A stretch of 63,025 nt of DNA, counting the filler, from Reclinomonas americana ATCC 50394 (taxonomy: Eukaryota): assembly GCA_048213135.1 (NCBI GenBank). It is 23 parts of 23 records of this genome, joined end to end, with 100 filler letters (N's around TTAATTAATTAA, not from the genome) between each part and the next. Parts side by side here need not be neighbours in the genome. Positions count along the whole stretch, not along the records: positions 19,939 to 22,226 come from AFZH01023802.1; positions 22,327 to 24,430 come from AFZH01023804.1; positions 24,531 to 25,813 come from AFZH01023805.1; positions 25,914 to 28,933 come from AFZH01023807.1; positions 29,034 to 32,163 come from AFZH01023810.1; positions 32,264 to 34,279 come from AFZH01023811.1; 17 more parts are not named here. One strand, given 5' to 3'. This document shows positions 20,965-32,480 of this stretch, piece by piece; the stretch's first letter is position 1; each line of letters opens with the position of its first letter. The notes beneath the pieces are model-generated. The model made no database searches. It had not been told where the DNA came from and saw only the letters and a list, made by a program, of their open reading frames with translations. The translations under genes and the position numbers were made by a program.

Positions 20965-21000
20965 CGTACTTCTCGACGCTGAGATCGTCAAGCGCGCATG

Positions 21001-21032
21001 AAAAAGGCCGCCGGGTTTTGCACCCGGCGGCC
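21001..21032 (-). terminator. Intrinsic terminator after the PCuAC gene
   Basis: GGCCGCCGGG/CCCGGCGGCC stem followed by TTTTT on the minus strand. Confidence 0.8.
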
Positions 21033-21060
21033 ATCTCGATTCCGCGGCTTCCGGCTGCGG

Positions 21061-21540
21061 TCAGTGCTTGTGAGCTTCGGCCGGCGCGCGGGCGCCGACC
21101 GACTGCACCGAGAACTCGACCGGGACCGCTCCGGCCTTTTCGAAGGTCAGCGTGCCCTTGATCTTTTCGCCCTCCTTGAGCTGGCGCTTCAGGTCCATGA
21201 ACATGATGTGGTAGCCGCCGGGCTTGAGCTCGAGCTTGGCGCCGGGCTTGAGCTCGACGCCATCCGGCAGGCCGCGCATGGTCATCACGCCGTTGTTCAT
21301 CGCCATCTCGTGGATTTCGACCTTGCCGGCGATCTCGCTGCTGCCGCCGAGCAGGCGGTCGGGCGCAGCTCCGGTGTTGGTGACCGCGACATAGCCGCCG
21401 GCGACCTTGGCACCGGCCGGGGTCGCGCGCGTCCAGGGCTGCTCGATCTTGAGCGGGCCGGCCGTGTAGTCGTGGGCCGTGGCGATACCGCCGCTCAGCG
21501 CGAGGGCTGCGGCGGCGAGGGTGAGGCGAAGTTTGATCAT
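21061..21540 (-). CDS. Periplasmic copper chaperone PCu(A)C
   Basis: Signal peptide, EIHEM...MTMR...LKPGGYHIMF copper motif. Confidence 0.95.
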   Translation of the reverse strand: MIKLRLTLAAAALALSGGIATAHDYTAGPLKIEQPWTRATPAGAKVAGGYVAVTNTGAAPDRLLGGSSEIAGKVEIHEMAMNNGVMTMRGLPDGVELKPGAKLELKPGGYHIMFMDLKRQLKEGEKIKGTLTFEKAGAVPVEFSVQSVGARAPAEAHKH

Positions 21541-21559
21541 GTCGAGGCTCCTTGCGTGA

Positions 21560-22226
21560 TCAAAGGGAGAGGCGGGTCTTGGCGAGTTCGGCATTGCGCC
21601 GGGCGGCGTCGATCAGGGGCTTGCGCCGTGCCAGTACGTCGTTGGTGAGCTTGGCGCCGGCCCGTTCGGGCGAGCCGGCATCGAAAGGCGGCTGCGGATC
21701 ATATTCCAGCACGAGCTGGATCAGGCGCGCCGTCTCCTCGTCGCGCAGCTTGGCGGCGACCGTGAGGCCGAAATCGATGCCGGCGGTAACGCCGCCGCCG
21801 GTGATGCGGTTGCGGTCGCTGACGACGCGGCTGCGCTCGACGCTCGCGCCCATCGCTGCCAGCAGGTCGCGAACATACCAGTGGCCGGTGGCGCGATAGC
21901 CCTTCAGCAGCCCGGCGGCGCCGAGCACCAGCGAACCCGTGCAGACCGCGGTGACATAGCGGGCGCGGGCGCCGCGATCGGCGAGGAAGGCGAGCGTCTC
22001 AGCATCCTCCATCAGAGCGACGCTACCCTTCAGCCCGCCCGGTATGAACAGCACGTCGAGATCGGCGGGACAGTCGGCATAGCTGGCACTCGGCGTGACC
22101 GGCAGCCCGAGATCAGTCGCGACCGGCTGCCGGTCCTTCCAGACCAGATGCAATTCCGCCCGCAGCAATGAGAACACGGTCAGCGGCCCGATCAGATCGA
22201 GCATCACCATGTCGGGATGCACCACC
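21560..22226 (-). CDS. DJ-1/PfpI-family protein (isonitrile hydratase-like), 5' truncated
   Basis: LFIPGG, AVCTGSLVLGAAGLLKGYRATGHW, ITGGGVTAGIDF, EYDPQPPFDAGSP. Confidence 0.92.
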
Positions 22227-22326
22227 NNNNNNNNNNNNNNNNNNNNNNNNNNNNNNNNNNNNNNNNNNNNTTAATTAATTAANNNNNNNNNNNNNNNNNN
22301 NNNNNNNNNNNNNNNNNNNNNNNNNN

Positions 22327-22595
22327 TCGCCGGCGCAGAGCACGATGCGCCATCTGCCATGCTCGCGTCGCAACAAGGCGCGGCCGGCGAGTGGCCCCTG
22401 CGACCAGCCGGCGACCGCATGATCACCGGCGACCACGACCGGCTTGACCTCGAGGCGCGCATCCGGCCGGTCGAAGCTCTTCACCATCAGGGTGACGATG
22501 GCCGCCTCGTCCGGCGTCGCGGCTTTCGCCGCGAGTGAAGCGAGGCCGAGCGCCAGGAACGCGCTCAGAGCGCGGCGGGTAAGGGCGATCACCAT
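22327..22595 (-). CDS. Copper uptake system-associated periplasmic protein (3' truncated)
   Basis: Signal peptide, FDRPD...PVVVAGDHAVAGW...GRALL...W.IVLCAG; overlaps the TonB receptor stop. Confidence 0.7.
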
Positions 22596-24430
22596 TCCAT
22601 CCTCATGCCGGCATAGAGCGCGCGCCCGGTGCCGGGGTTGAACAGGCGGGAGGTCGGCGTCGCCCGGTCGATGATGCTGGCCGAGGCGATGTAGGTCTGG
22701 TTCGAGAGATTGCGGCCCTCGACATAGGCCGAGAAGCCCTTGCCGTTCTCGTAGGCCGCCTTCAGCCCCCAGAGGAGATAGGGGTCGCTCTTCAGCGTGT
22801 TGGCGCTGTCGACGAAATAGGCCTGCGGCACCCATTCGATATTGGGGCCGAAGGAGAAGCCGCTCGGATGCTGGTAGAGCAGCTCGGCGCGGACATAGTG
22901 CGGCGGCGCGCCCGGCAGCTCGTTATTGCCGAAAGTCGCGTCGCCGTCATAGCGGAAGTCGTTGTAGGTGTAGGCGACATTGAGCCAGAGCCGGTCGGGC
23001 TTCTCGGCCTGGACGGCGATGCCCTTCCACAAGGTGGCGCCAACGGCAGCTTCGACGCCCTGGTGGATCGTGCGGTCCGCATTGGTGACGTTGCAGTTGC
23101 CGAAGGCGCTGTAGAAGCATTGCAGCTCATTGCGGATCTGGCTGCGGTAGACTGCGAAGTCCCAGGTGAAGTCCTCGCCGCGGCGCCCGCGCGTGCCGAA
23201 CTCGAAGGTCGTCGCCCGCTGCGCCCTGATGTCGAAGAATCGCAGCGTCGGCAAAGCCGGGTTCATGAAGTTCGGCGCGACGCTCTCGCCGAAGCTCGGC
23301 GCCTCCTGGCTGCGCGAGACATTGGCGAAGACCTGCCAGTCCTTGTCGATCTCGTAGAGCAGGCCGGCCTTGGGGCTCCACAAGTCGAAGTCGCTGCGTC
23401 CGGGCACGTCGCCATTGGCCGAGAAGACAACCTTCTGGTCGCGGACCGCGTGCAGGTATTGCAGGCCTGTCACGATGGCGAGTTGCGGCAGCACGTAGAA
23501 GGCGTTCTCGGCATAGGCCGAGTCGTTCTGCGACTGCTGCTTGAGCGCCGAGAGCAGCCCGTTCTTCTGTCCGCCGACATTGGCGTATTGACGGGCGTCG
23601 TTCTCGCCGTTGTGGACGTTGACGCCGACGGTCAGCCGGTTGCGGAAGCCGCCGATCAAGCGGTCGTCGACGGCACGCGCGAACGCGCCGTATTCGCGAT
23701 ACCGGTAGTCCAGCCACTGGAAGATCGGGTGCATCAGGCGCCGGTCGATGGCGAAGACGCCGAAATCGATCACCGTGTTGTCGAGGCGGATCGTCGTCTT
23801 GTTGGCGAGGCGCACGGTATCGATATTGCGCTGCCAGTCGTCGACGAGATTGTCGCTCCAGCCGCGCTTGGGCGTGGTCAGCGCCGTCGTGCGGTCGACT
23901 TCGCCGGGGATGCGTTGCCGGACCGTGTTGGCGTTGAGATAGAATCGTGTCTCGACATCCGGCGAGAAGCGGTAGCCGATATTGCCGCTGAAGCGCGCGG
24001 CGTGTCCATCGCTGTGGTCGCGATATCCGTCCGTGCGCGAGACCGAGCCGCTCAGATAATAGTCGAACGGGCCGTTGACGCCTGCGGCGGCACCCTGCGT
24101 GCGGATTGTGCCGAAGCTGCCGGCATCGACGCGGACTTGGGCACGTGGTGCGTCATAGCCCGTCGGCATCACGAAATTGATCGCGCCGCCGAGTGCATTC
24201 GCGCCGAAGCGCAGTGCGTTGGACCCTTTGTAGACCTCGACATAGCGATAGAAGCTCGGATCGATCTCCTGGAAGTCGCCATAACCGTCGGCGGTGTTGA
24301 TCGGGATCACCCCGTCCATCAGGAGTTGGGTGCTGCGCAGATGGAAATTCCGCGAGAGGCCCGAGCCGCGGATCGACAGCCTTGTGTCATCGCCCCATTT
24401 CGGCTGCGCGAAGACGCCGGGCACATAATC
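22589..24430 (-). CDS. TonB-dependent receptor, probably Cu-related (5' truncated)
   Basis: Plug motif SIRGSG...VEVYKG.NAL..GANALGGAINF, beta-barrel, terminal W. Confidence 0.92.
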   Translation of the reverse strand, partial: DYVPGVFAQPKWGDDTRLSIRGSGLSRNFHLRSTQLLMDGVIPINTADGYGDFQEIDPSFYRYVEVYKGSNALRFGANALGGAINFVMPTGYDAPRAQVRVDAGSFGTIRTQGAAAGVNGPFDYYLSGSVSRTDGYRDHSDGHAARFSGNIGYRFSPDVETRFYLNANTVRQRIPGEVDRTTALTTPKRGWSDNLVDDWQRNIDTVRLANKTTIRLDNTVIDFGVFAIDRRLMHPIFQWLDYRYREYGAFARAVDDRLIGGFRNRLTVGVNVHNGENDARQYANVGGQKNGLLSALKQQSQNDSAYAENAFYVLPQLAIVTGLQYLHAVRDQKVVFSANGDVPGRSDFDLWSPKAGLLYEIDKDWQVFANVSRSQEAPSFGESVAPNFMNPALPTLRFFDIRAQRATTFEFGTRGRRGEDFTWDFAVYRSQIRNELQCFYSAFGNCNVTNADRTIHQGVEAAVGATLWKGIAVQAEKPDRLWLNVAYTYNDFRYDGDATFGNNELPGAPPHYVRAELLYQHPSGFSFGPNIEWVPQAYFVDSANTLKSDPYLLWGLKAAYENGKGFSAYVEGRNLSNQTYIASASIIDRATPTSRLFNPGTGRALYAGMRMEW

Positions 24431-24530
24431 NNNNNNNNNNNNNNNNNNNNNNNNNNNNNNNNNNNNNNNNNNNNTTAATTAATTAANNNNNNNNNNNNNN
24501 NNNNNNNNNNNNNNNNNNNNNNNNNNNNNN

Positions 24531-24874
24531 GGGTTGGCTGGGGAGCGGGCGGCAACGAAGCCGGATGGCAGGTCGAGCCGGCGCTGGAAGGCGATGAGGT
24601 CGACGGCGCGGTGCACGACCGGCAGGAAGGCAGAGGGCGCTGCCGGTGCGCCCGTACCGGAAAACGCGCAGCCGAGCATGCAGCAGCTCATCAGCTCGTG
24701 CGCGGCCGCCTCACCGTGCCCGGTCGGTCCTGCCGTCTCACCGGGCGCGCAGAGCGTCATCGCCAGCGAGCGGTCGAGGCTGAAGCTCGCCGAATTGGCG
24801 CCGGAGGTCAGGCCCGCGAAGATCGCCTGCAGCACGACGAGATAGGCCGCGGCCAGCGCGACCCAGCGTCTCAT
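24531..24874 (-). CDS. DUF2946-family protein (3' truncated)
   Basis: N-terminal TM AYLVVLQA, LC, H...CCMLGC, ending RSPAN at the gap; lies upstream of the TonB receptor. Confidence 0.75.
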
Positions 24875-24962
24875 CCCTGCTCTGCGATGCCCTGCGGACA
24901 AAACCGATCCTCCTGCCGCTTCGATAGCATGGCTGCCGGCAGGGTCAATTTGCGTCAGTGTC

Positions 24963-25409
24963 TCAGGCGCTATGGTGCTCGCAATGACTGTGGTCGGCCA
25001 GCGCCTCGATCACGGCGCAGTCGCTGGCGGCGACCCCGCCCGAGCACACCGTCGCGATCCGGGCGAGTTCCGCCTCCAGCGAGCGCAAACGCGCGATCTT
25101 GTCGCGGACTTCGTCGAGATGCTCGGCCGCGATCGCATGCGCCTCGTCGCAGGCCATGCCGGGTGTGTCCGAAAGCCGCAGCAGGGTACGGATGCTCTCG
25201 ACCGCGAAGCCGAGATCACGCGCATGCTTGATGAAGGCGAGTCGCTCGACATGGGCGCGGCCATAGCGGCGCTGGTTGCCCTCGGAGCGCTCGGGCTCCG
25301 GCAGTAGGCCGACCTGTTCGTAATAGCGGATCGTCTCGACCTTGACCCCGGTCCGTTCCGCCAGTGTCCCGATCGGTATCACGCGCTCCAAGGTTTTCGC
25401 CGGCCGCAT
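24963..25409 (-). CDS. MerR-family metal-responsive regulator
   Basis: IGTLAERTGVKVETIRYYE, conserved Cys residues, His-rich tail. Confidence 0.95.
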   Translation of the reverse strand: MRPAKTLERVIPIGTLAERTGVKVETIRYYEQVGLLPEPERSEGNQRRYGRAHVERLAFIKHARDLGFAVESIRTLLRLSDTPGMACDEAHAIAAEHLDEVRDKIARLRSLEAELARIATVCSGGVAASDCAVIEALADHSHCEHHSA

Positions 25410-25420
25410 GATTTTTCCTC

Positions 25421-25452
25421 TTGAAGCTGTAGTGGCTACAGGTTGTAGGTAG
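25421..25452 (+). promoter_or_regulatory. MerR-type promoter/operator for the P1B-ATPase
   Basis: TTGAAG -35 element followed by the dyad CTGTAG-tgg-CTACAG. Confidence 0.75.
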
Positions 25453-25487
25453 GTGGTCCCGCAACGCTGTCAAGCGGAGACGAGAGC

Positions 25488-25813
25488 ATGGCCACCGCCG
25501 CCAAAACCGAAACGGAAACGCTGTCCTGGAAGGTCGGCGGCATGGATTGCGCCAGCTGCGCGGCGAAGATTCGCGGCGCGGTCGAACGGCTGCCCGGCGT
25601 CTCCGAGGTCCGTCTTTCGGTGATGTCGGAGACGTTGACGCTCGCCCTCGACGAGAGCCGAACCCGGCGCGACGCCATCGAGAAGCGGGTCGCCAGCCTC
25701 GGCTATACGGCGGCGGCGGTTGCCGCGAAGCGGGCGTCTGAGCCAGAGGCCGCTTCGAGCTGCGGCTGTACCCACGATCACGGGCCGGCGGACAAGGCGC
25801 CTGACCATGCGCG
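25488..25813 (+). CDS. Heavy-metal P1B-type ATPase N-terminus (ZntA/CadA-like), 3' truncated
   Basis: GMDCASC HMA motif followed by a His/Cys-rich linker. Confidence 0.85.
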
Positions 25814-25913
25814 NNNNNNNNNNNNNNNNNNNNNNNNNNNNNNNNNNNNNNNNNNNNTTAATTAATTAANNNNNNNNNNNNNNNNNNNNNNNNNNNNNNN
25901 NNNNNNNNNNNNN

Positions 25914-28146
25914 CGTACTGCTTGCTGTTCATGTTGAAGCGGGTGACTTGGCGCCCGCCCAGCAGCGTCTCCATGGTGCGCCCGATCACGTCGACGCCGA
26001 CTCCGAGATCGGCGGCGCGCTGGCGGTCGATCGAGACCTTGATCTGCGGCTTGTCGAGGATGAGGTTGCTCTCGATGTTGGTCAGCGCCGGATTGCCCTG
26101 CACCTCGGCGATCAGGCGATCGACGTTTTGCTTGATCTCGGCATAGCTGTCCGAGGAGCGCAGCACGAACTCGACCGGCTTGCTGTTGGCGCCGCCCTGG
26201 CCGAGCGAGGGCGGGTTGGTTGCGAACAGGCGGATGCCGGGGATCTGCGACAGCCCCTTGTTGATCTCGGCGACGAGATCCTGCTGCTTGCGGTGGCGCT
26301 CCTCCCAGGGCTTCAGGCGCGCAAAGGCGATCGCCCGCGTCACGTCGGGGAAGCCGACGATGACGAGATAGCTGTCGACCTCCTGGATCTTGCTGAAATA
26401 GTCCTCGACCCGCCGGGCATAGTCGGCGGTGAAGGCCATGGTCGCGCCTTCGGGCGCAACGCCGATCGCGGTGATGGTGCCGCGATCCTCAACCGGCGCC
26501 AGCTCGGAACGCAGGTTGGTGAAGAAGAAATAGCTGCCGCCGGCAACGCCGAGCGCCAGCAGCACGATCAACGGCCGGACCTTGAGCGCGAAGCGCAGCG
26601 AGCGGCGATAGCCGCTGGCCAGCCCCTCGAAGACGCGTTCCAGCGCATTGTAGAGGAAGTTGTGCTTGTTCTCATGGCGCAGCAGCTTGGCGCACATCAT
26701 CGGCGTCAGCGTCAGCGCGACGAAGCCGGAGACGAGCACCGCGCCGGCGAGCGTCAGCGCGAACTCGACGAAGAGCTTGCCGGTGCGCCCGGTCGAGAAC
26801 GCCATCGGCGCATAGACCGCAACCAGCGTCAGCGTCATCGCGACGACGGCGAAGGCGATCTCGTTGATGCCCTTGATCGCCGCCTTGTTCGGCTCCATCC
26901 CGTCCTCGATGTGACGGTGGACGTTCTCGAGCACGACGATGGCGTCGTCGACGACGAGACCGATGGCGAGCACCATCGAGAGCAGGGTCAGCGTGTTGAC
27001 CGTGAAGCCCATCGCATACATCAGCGCGAAGGCGCCGATCAGCGAGACGGGAATCGTGACGAGCGGGATCAGCGTCGCCCTGAGCGAGCGCAGGAACAGG
27101 AAGATGATCAGCACGACGAGGACAACCGCCTCGCCGATCGTCGAGTAGACCGCCTTGATCGAGCGATCGATGAAGATCGAGGTGTCGTAGGAGGTCGCGA
27201 TCGACATGCCGTCGGGCAGGTCGTCGCGGATGCCCGGCAGCGCCGCCACGACGCCCGAGGAGACGTCGAGCGGATTGGCGGTCGCCTGCTTGACGATGCC
27301 GATCGTCACCGAGGGCTCGCCGCCGAACCAGGCGGCATTGCGTTCCTCGCGCGCGCCGAGCTCGACCTTGGCGACATCGCGCAGCTTGACCGGGAAGCCG
27401 CTGGCGTCCTTGACCGTGATCTCGCGGAACTGCTCGGGCGTGATCAGGCTGGTCTGCGAGAGAACGGTGAATTCGCGGTCGTTGCTCTCGATCCGGCCCG
27501 ACGGGATCTCGATGTTCTGAGCCCGCAGCGCCCCTTCGATCTCCTGCACGGTGATGGCATAGGCGGCCATGCGGGCGCGATCGAGCCAGATGCGCATGGC
27601 GAACTGGCGCTGGCCGAGGATGCGGACCTCGGCAACGCCGGTGATGTTCTGGACGCGGTCGGAGATGAAGCGGTCGGCGAAATCGGTGAGCTCCAGCGGC
27701 GAATGGCGCTTGCTGGTCAGCGACAGATACATCACGGGCTGGGCGTCGGCCTCGACCTTGGCGATGATCGGCTCGTCGATCTCGTCGGGCATGCGGCCGC
27801 GCACGCGGCTGACGCGATCGCGCACGTCGGAGGCGGCAACGTCCGGGTCGACGTCCGGACGGAAGCGCACCGAGATCTGGCTGCGCTCCTGGCGGCTGGT
27901 CGAGTTGATGATCTCGATGCCCTCGATGCCGGCGATCGAGTTCTCCAGAATCTGCGTGACCTGCGTCTCGATGATCTCGGCGCTGGCGCCGCGATAGACG
28001 GTCTGCACCGAGACGATCGGCTCGTCGATGTTCGGATATTCGCGTACCGTCAGGCGCGTATAGGAGACGAAGCCGATCAGGACGACGAGCAGGCTGAGGA
28101 CGGTCGAGAGGACCGGCCGGCGGACGAAGAGCTCGAACAGGCTCAT
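25914..28146 (-). CDS. RND efflux permease, AcrB family (3' truncated)
   Basis: FVRRPV, GLVVDDAIVVLEN, ALTLTPMMCA. Confidence 0.96.
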
Positions 28147-28933
28147 TGCTGCGCGTTACCCGGCTGCACGACGCCCGGCAGCGAGCTGGTCTGGACCGAG
28201 GCCTTCTCCTTGATCGCCACGGTCGAGCCGTCGCGCAGGCGCATCTGGCCGGCGGTGACGATCTGCTGGCCGGGCTTCAGGCCCTTGATCACCTCGACCT
28301 TGCCGAGCAGGCGCTTGCCGAGCTCGACCGGCATGCGCCTGGCCTTGCCGCCCTCGACGACGAAGACCGCCTTGCCGACGCCATCCGGCACCACAGCCGT
28401 CTCGGGCACGAGCAGCGCATTGTCGCGCTTGTCGACCACCACGGTGACGCGCGCGAACAGGCCGGGCTTCAGCACGAGGTCGCCATTGGGGATGGTGGCG
28501 CGCAGCTTGACGGCGCGGCCATTGACGTCGACCACCGGGTCGATCGCGAAAACCTGGCCGGTGAAGGGCCGGTCGGGCACGGCGTCGACCTTGAGCTGGA
28601 TCGGCTGGCCGACCTTGACCTGGGTCAGGAATATCTCGGGCACGCGGAAGTCGACCTTGATCGGGTCGATATTGGTCAGCGTGATCAGCGGCTTGCCGAT
28701 CGAGACGAAATCGCCGACGCCGACCGCGCGCAGGCCGACCACGCCGGTGAACGGCGCCTTGATCGTCGCCAGAGCGAGCTTGGCCTGGACGAGCTGGATC
28801 TTTGCCTCCTGCGAGGCGAGCTGGGCCGTCGCCTGCTCAAGCGCGACCTGCGTGCCCGAGCCGCGCTGCACCAGCGAGCGATTGCGGTCATGGGTGTCGC
28901 GGGCGAGCGAGAGATCGGCCTGGGCCTGCTTCA
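28143..28933 (-). CDS. RND periplasmic adaptor (5' truncated)
   Basis: IKAPFTGVVG, LKPGLFARV; 4-nt overlap with the permease start. Confidence 0.95.
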
Positions 28934-29033
28934 NNNNNNNNNNNNNNNNNNNNNNNNNNNNNNNNNNNNNNNNNNNNTTAATTAATTAANNNNNNNNNNN
29001 NNNNNNNNNNNNNNNNNNNNNNNNNNNNNNNNN

Positions 29034-29246
29034 AGAGCCTCTCCGACACCTGCGATGTACAACCCATGTAAGTCGTCGGAGAGACGAAGACGATGAAAGA
29101 AAGAAACTAGGCGCACCTTTTTCCAGTTGCGACCCTGGAACTCATACACGGCTTGTCTCAGCTGCTCGTCCTCCTCAGGAGTCCACTTGCCGCGAGTGTA
29201 ATTCTCAGGTCGTGGAGGTGGCTCCAGCTTCTTGCTGATCTCGGCC
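29034..29246 (-). CDS. Myb-family transcription factor exons (MYB3R/c-Myb R1-like), partial
   Basis: Exon 29246-29117 TRGKWTPEEDEQLRQAVYEFQGRNWKK, then VSERL after a GT-AG intron. Confidence 0.85.
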
Positions 29247-30456
29247 CTACAAACAAACAAACAAAGGAGGGTGAGAAACAAAGAAAACAAAAGGAGGACT
29301 GCAAGAGGGAGAGAGGGAGGGGAGGGAGGGAGGGAGGGAGGGAGGGAGGGATAGAGAAGTGAAGGAATGCAAGGAGAGGAGAGGAGCGAAGGAATGCAAT
29401 GGAGAGAGCAGTGAAGGGCCACAGAAGAGAAAAGAGTGAAAAACTGAGCAAATCAAGTGGAGTGAAGGATTCTGCAGTGATCAGTGTGTAAGGGCTCGAG
29501 CGACATATCGCCAAAGACAGGAGACAGAAGAGAAGTGATCACAGAGCGCGAACCACTCAAGATGCACATCGCCAATGAGAGAGAGGAGCGCAGAGAGAGA
29601 GAGAGAGAGGGAGAGAGAGAAGTGTGTGTGTGTGTAAGAGTGTGTGTGTGTGCACTCACTCCTCAGTCAGATCGCTCTCTCTCTCTCACTCTCACACACA
29701 CACATACTAACACACACTCACTCACACACACTAACACACACTCACACACACACACAAAGTGAATATGCGCCACGACACTCATCGCCTTGTCATGCACAAA
29801 ACAGGCAATGATCACACACACTCACACTCACTCACTCCCTCTCTCTCTCTCTCTCCCTCTCTGTCTCTCTCATGCACTTTCTCACTCACTCACTCGAGAC
29901 AAGCACGCGCCCAGTCCCATTATCACACATGCACACTTAAGCACACAAGCACACACAACTCACCAGTGAACCTTGTTATTCACAGCAACGACCAGATAAT
30001 TCGCATCGTCGCCACTCTCACAATCGCCTAACAAACAAACACAAGAGAGACCGGACATGAGCGACCAACGTTCGCGCGCACACACACACACACACACACA
30101 CAGAGACGCAACTGTTCTTCTTCTTGCTGCTCATGATGATGATGACGAGCACCAACACTCACAAAAGTGGCGCAAACACACACACAAAGGGGCGGTCCCG
30201 AGTCGATGGCAGATGGGACACACTCACACGCGCGCGCGCTCACTCAAAAGACGATGATTGAAACGAATGTGCGTGTGTGTGATCACCAACACAGTGTGTG
30301 TATGTGTGTGCACAGAGGTGTGCGTGTGTGTGTGTGTGTCTGAGGTTGGGACGGGCGGGTGCCGGTCTTTTCTCGCGTCGACAATGAATTGGGTTTTTGC
30401 GGAAAAAAACGATCGCGCGAGCACTCTGGCAATAGTTTGGACGCGCGAGATACGTG

Positions 30457-31340
30457 AAAGTTTGCAAGGCTGCATGGTGGTGGTCGTATATGTGCGCGAT
30501 GCGTGTGCGGTGTGGTGGGATGGGCGACGAGGTGACGCGGAGAGGAAAACGAATTGCAGTATTGCAAAGTTTGGACAAAGGCGACAAAAGTTTCCAAGGC
30601 TGTTGTGTGGTGGTGGTGGTGGTATGTGCGATGCATGTGCGGTGTCGTGGGATGGGCGAGGAGATGGCGTGGAGAGGAAAACGAATTGCAGTATTGCAAT
30701 TGCAATTGCAAGAGCACCGGCCTTGCAAAGTTTGGACAAAGGCGATATAAGTTTCCAAGGCTGTTGTGTGGTGGTGGTGGTATACGCGCGATGCTTGTGT
30801 GGTGTGGTGGGATGGGCGAGGAGATGGCGTGGAGAGGAAAACGAATTGCAGTATTGCAATTGCAATTGCAAGAGCACCGGCCTTGCAAAGTTTGGACAAA
30901 GGCGATATAAGTTTCCAAGGCTGTTGTGTGGTGGTGGTGGTATACGCGCGATGCTTGTGTGGTGTGGTGGGATGGGCGAGGTGGTGATGCGGAGAGGAAA
31001 ACGAATTGCAAATACCGCTGGGGTCGCGAAGTTGGAATTGCGCATGCCCTGTTGCAAAGGCACCTTGCAACGTTTGGGCGAACACAGTGAGAGTATGCAC
31101 GTGCGCAAGGCTGTCGATGTGAAATGCTTGTGCGTTGTCACGGGATGGGCGAAGGGATGACACAGAGAGAATCGAAATTGCAAATACCGGTCGCGACGTC
31201 GAAAATGAACAGCTGCAAATGGCACGAACAGTGTGCACGTGCGTACGGTTGTAGATGTGTGGTGGTGTACGCGACGCTTGTGTACCTTGTCACGGGTTGT
31301 GCGACATGGAGAGAAAATCGAACATTGCAATATTGCATTT
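30457..31340. repeat. Tandem repeat of about 160-bp units, about 6 copies, diverging towards the edges
   Basis: ACGAATTGCA at 30681, 30841 and 31001; central units near-identical. Confidence 0.9.
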
Positions 31341-31823
31341 TACCGGTCAGAAAAAGCCCAGTGTGCGATATAGACTTGCAGCGAGTGACTGTGCATTGTG
31401 CACAGCAGTTGATGGTGCCATGTGTGTGCGCTGTCACTGAAGACACGAGATACTCGACTTGCAACACCAATGAAATACGACACAAGCAGCTTGAAGGCAG
31501 CTGATAATGGTTGAGCGATGTCGCGGGCTGATGCAATGATCATCCTACGCATACATCCACGTTGCTCTTTTGAAATGGAGAAGTGCCCGGGCAACGTCGC
31601 TTGTCATGATGTGAACGTTACATTGCATTGTCATTTCGTCACCACAGTGATGCAGAGACAACTTGACAGACGGCGCTCTCGCAGCGCTGCCTTCCTGCTC
31701 TCCTGTGTGCTTCTGGCATTCGCCTGTGCGCTGTGCCTCAGCGCACTGACTGCAAGAGGTCGGGTGGAGGCGAGGTTGACATTGTCAACTCACTCGTGAC
31801 ACACACACACACGCACACGCGCA

Positions 31824-31854
<31 letters not shown>

Positions 31855-31997
31855 AGGGAGAGACAAGCAGGTGTGAGAGTGACTCTATGTGTGTGAGAAA
31901 GAATGCAGAGGGAGAGTGTGTCTCGGTGATTCGCATATGTGCGCAACTCATGTTGTCTCACAGAGACTGTGGCCAGTGTGCACCTCTCTCCCTCTCA

Positions 31998-32038
<41 letters not shown>

Positions 32039-32263
32039 GCACACGCACTCATTCACTCTCACTGATGCACTGTCCTTCTTTCTTTCACGCACTCATGCTC
32101 TCTCTTCTTATCTGTCATACACACGCGCAGTCCCTTCAGCCCTCTCCCTCCCCCCCCCCCCCCNNNNNNNNNNNNNNNNNNNNNNNNNNNNNNNNNNNNN
32201 NNNNNNNTTAATTAATTAANNNNNNNNNNNNNNNNNNNNNNNNNNNNNNNNNNNNNNNNNNNN

Positions 32264-32480
32264 AGGGAGGTAGAGGGGAGAGCAAACCACGCAAGTGTGG
32301 GTGCGACCCAGCTGCGTGATGTGTGAAAGGATGGGAAAGGAGGGAGGGAGGTGGAAGCAGCACAAGCAAGGCACATACACCCACGGAGAGAGAGAGAGGG
32401 AGGTAGAGGGGAGAGAGCAATCCACGCAAGTGTGGGTGCGGCGCAGCTGCGTGATGTGTGAAAGGAGGGAGAGATTGAGG
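32264..32480. repeat. Imperfect direct repeat, period about 132 bp
   Basis: gggaggtagaggggagag...ccacgcaagtgtgggtgcg...cagctgcgtgatgtgtgaaagga occurs twice. Confidence 0.8.

Noticed and set aside
25948..28989. 1013-aa plus-strand ORF, and similar ORFs at 16506, 22868 and 39149
   Set aside because: Antisense shadows of high-GC3 genes.
7423..29033. Bacterial genes embedded among eukaryotic genes, suggesting large-scale horizontal transfer
   Set aside because: Every taxon switch coincides with an artificial spacer. The bacterial blocks keep RBSs, operons and terminators and have no introns, so they are best read as co-assembled bacteria.
30224..31330. Long overlapping ORFs and a possible CRISPR-like array
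   Set aside because: Whole units repeat with no unique spacers, and the ORFs arise from stop-poor repeat sequence.
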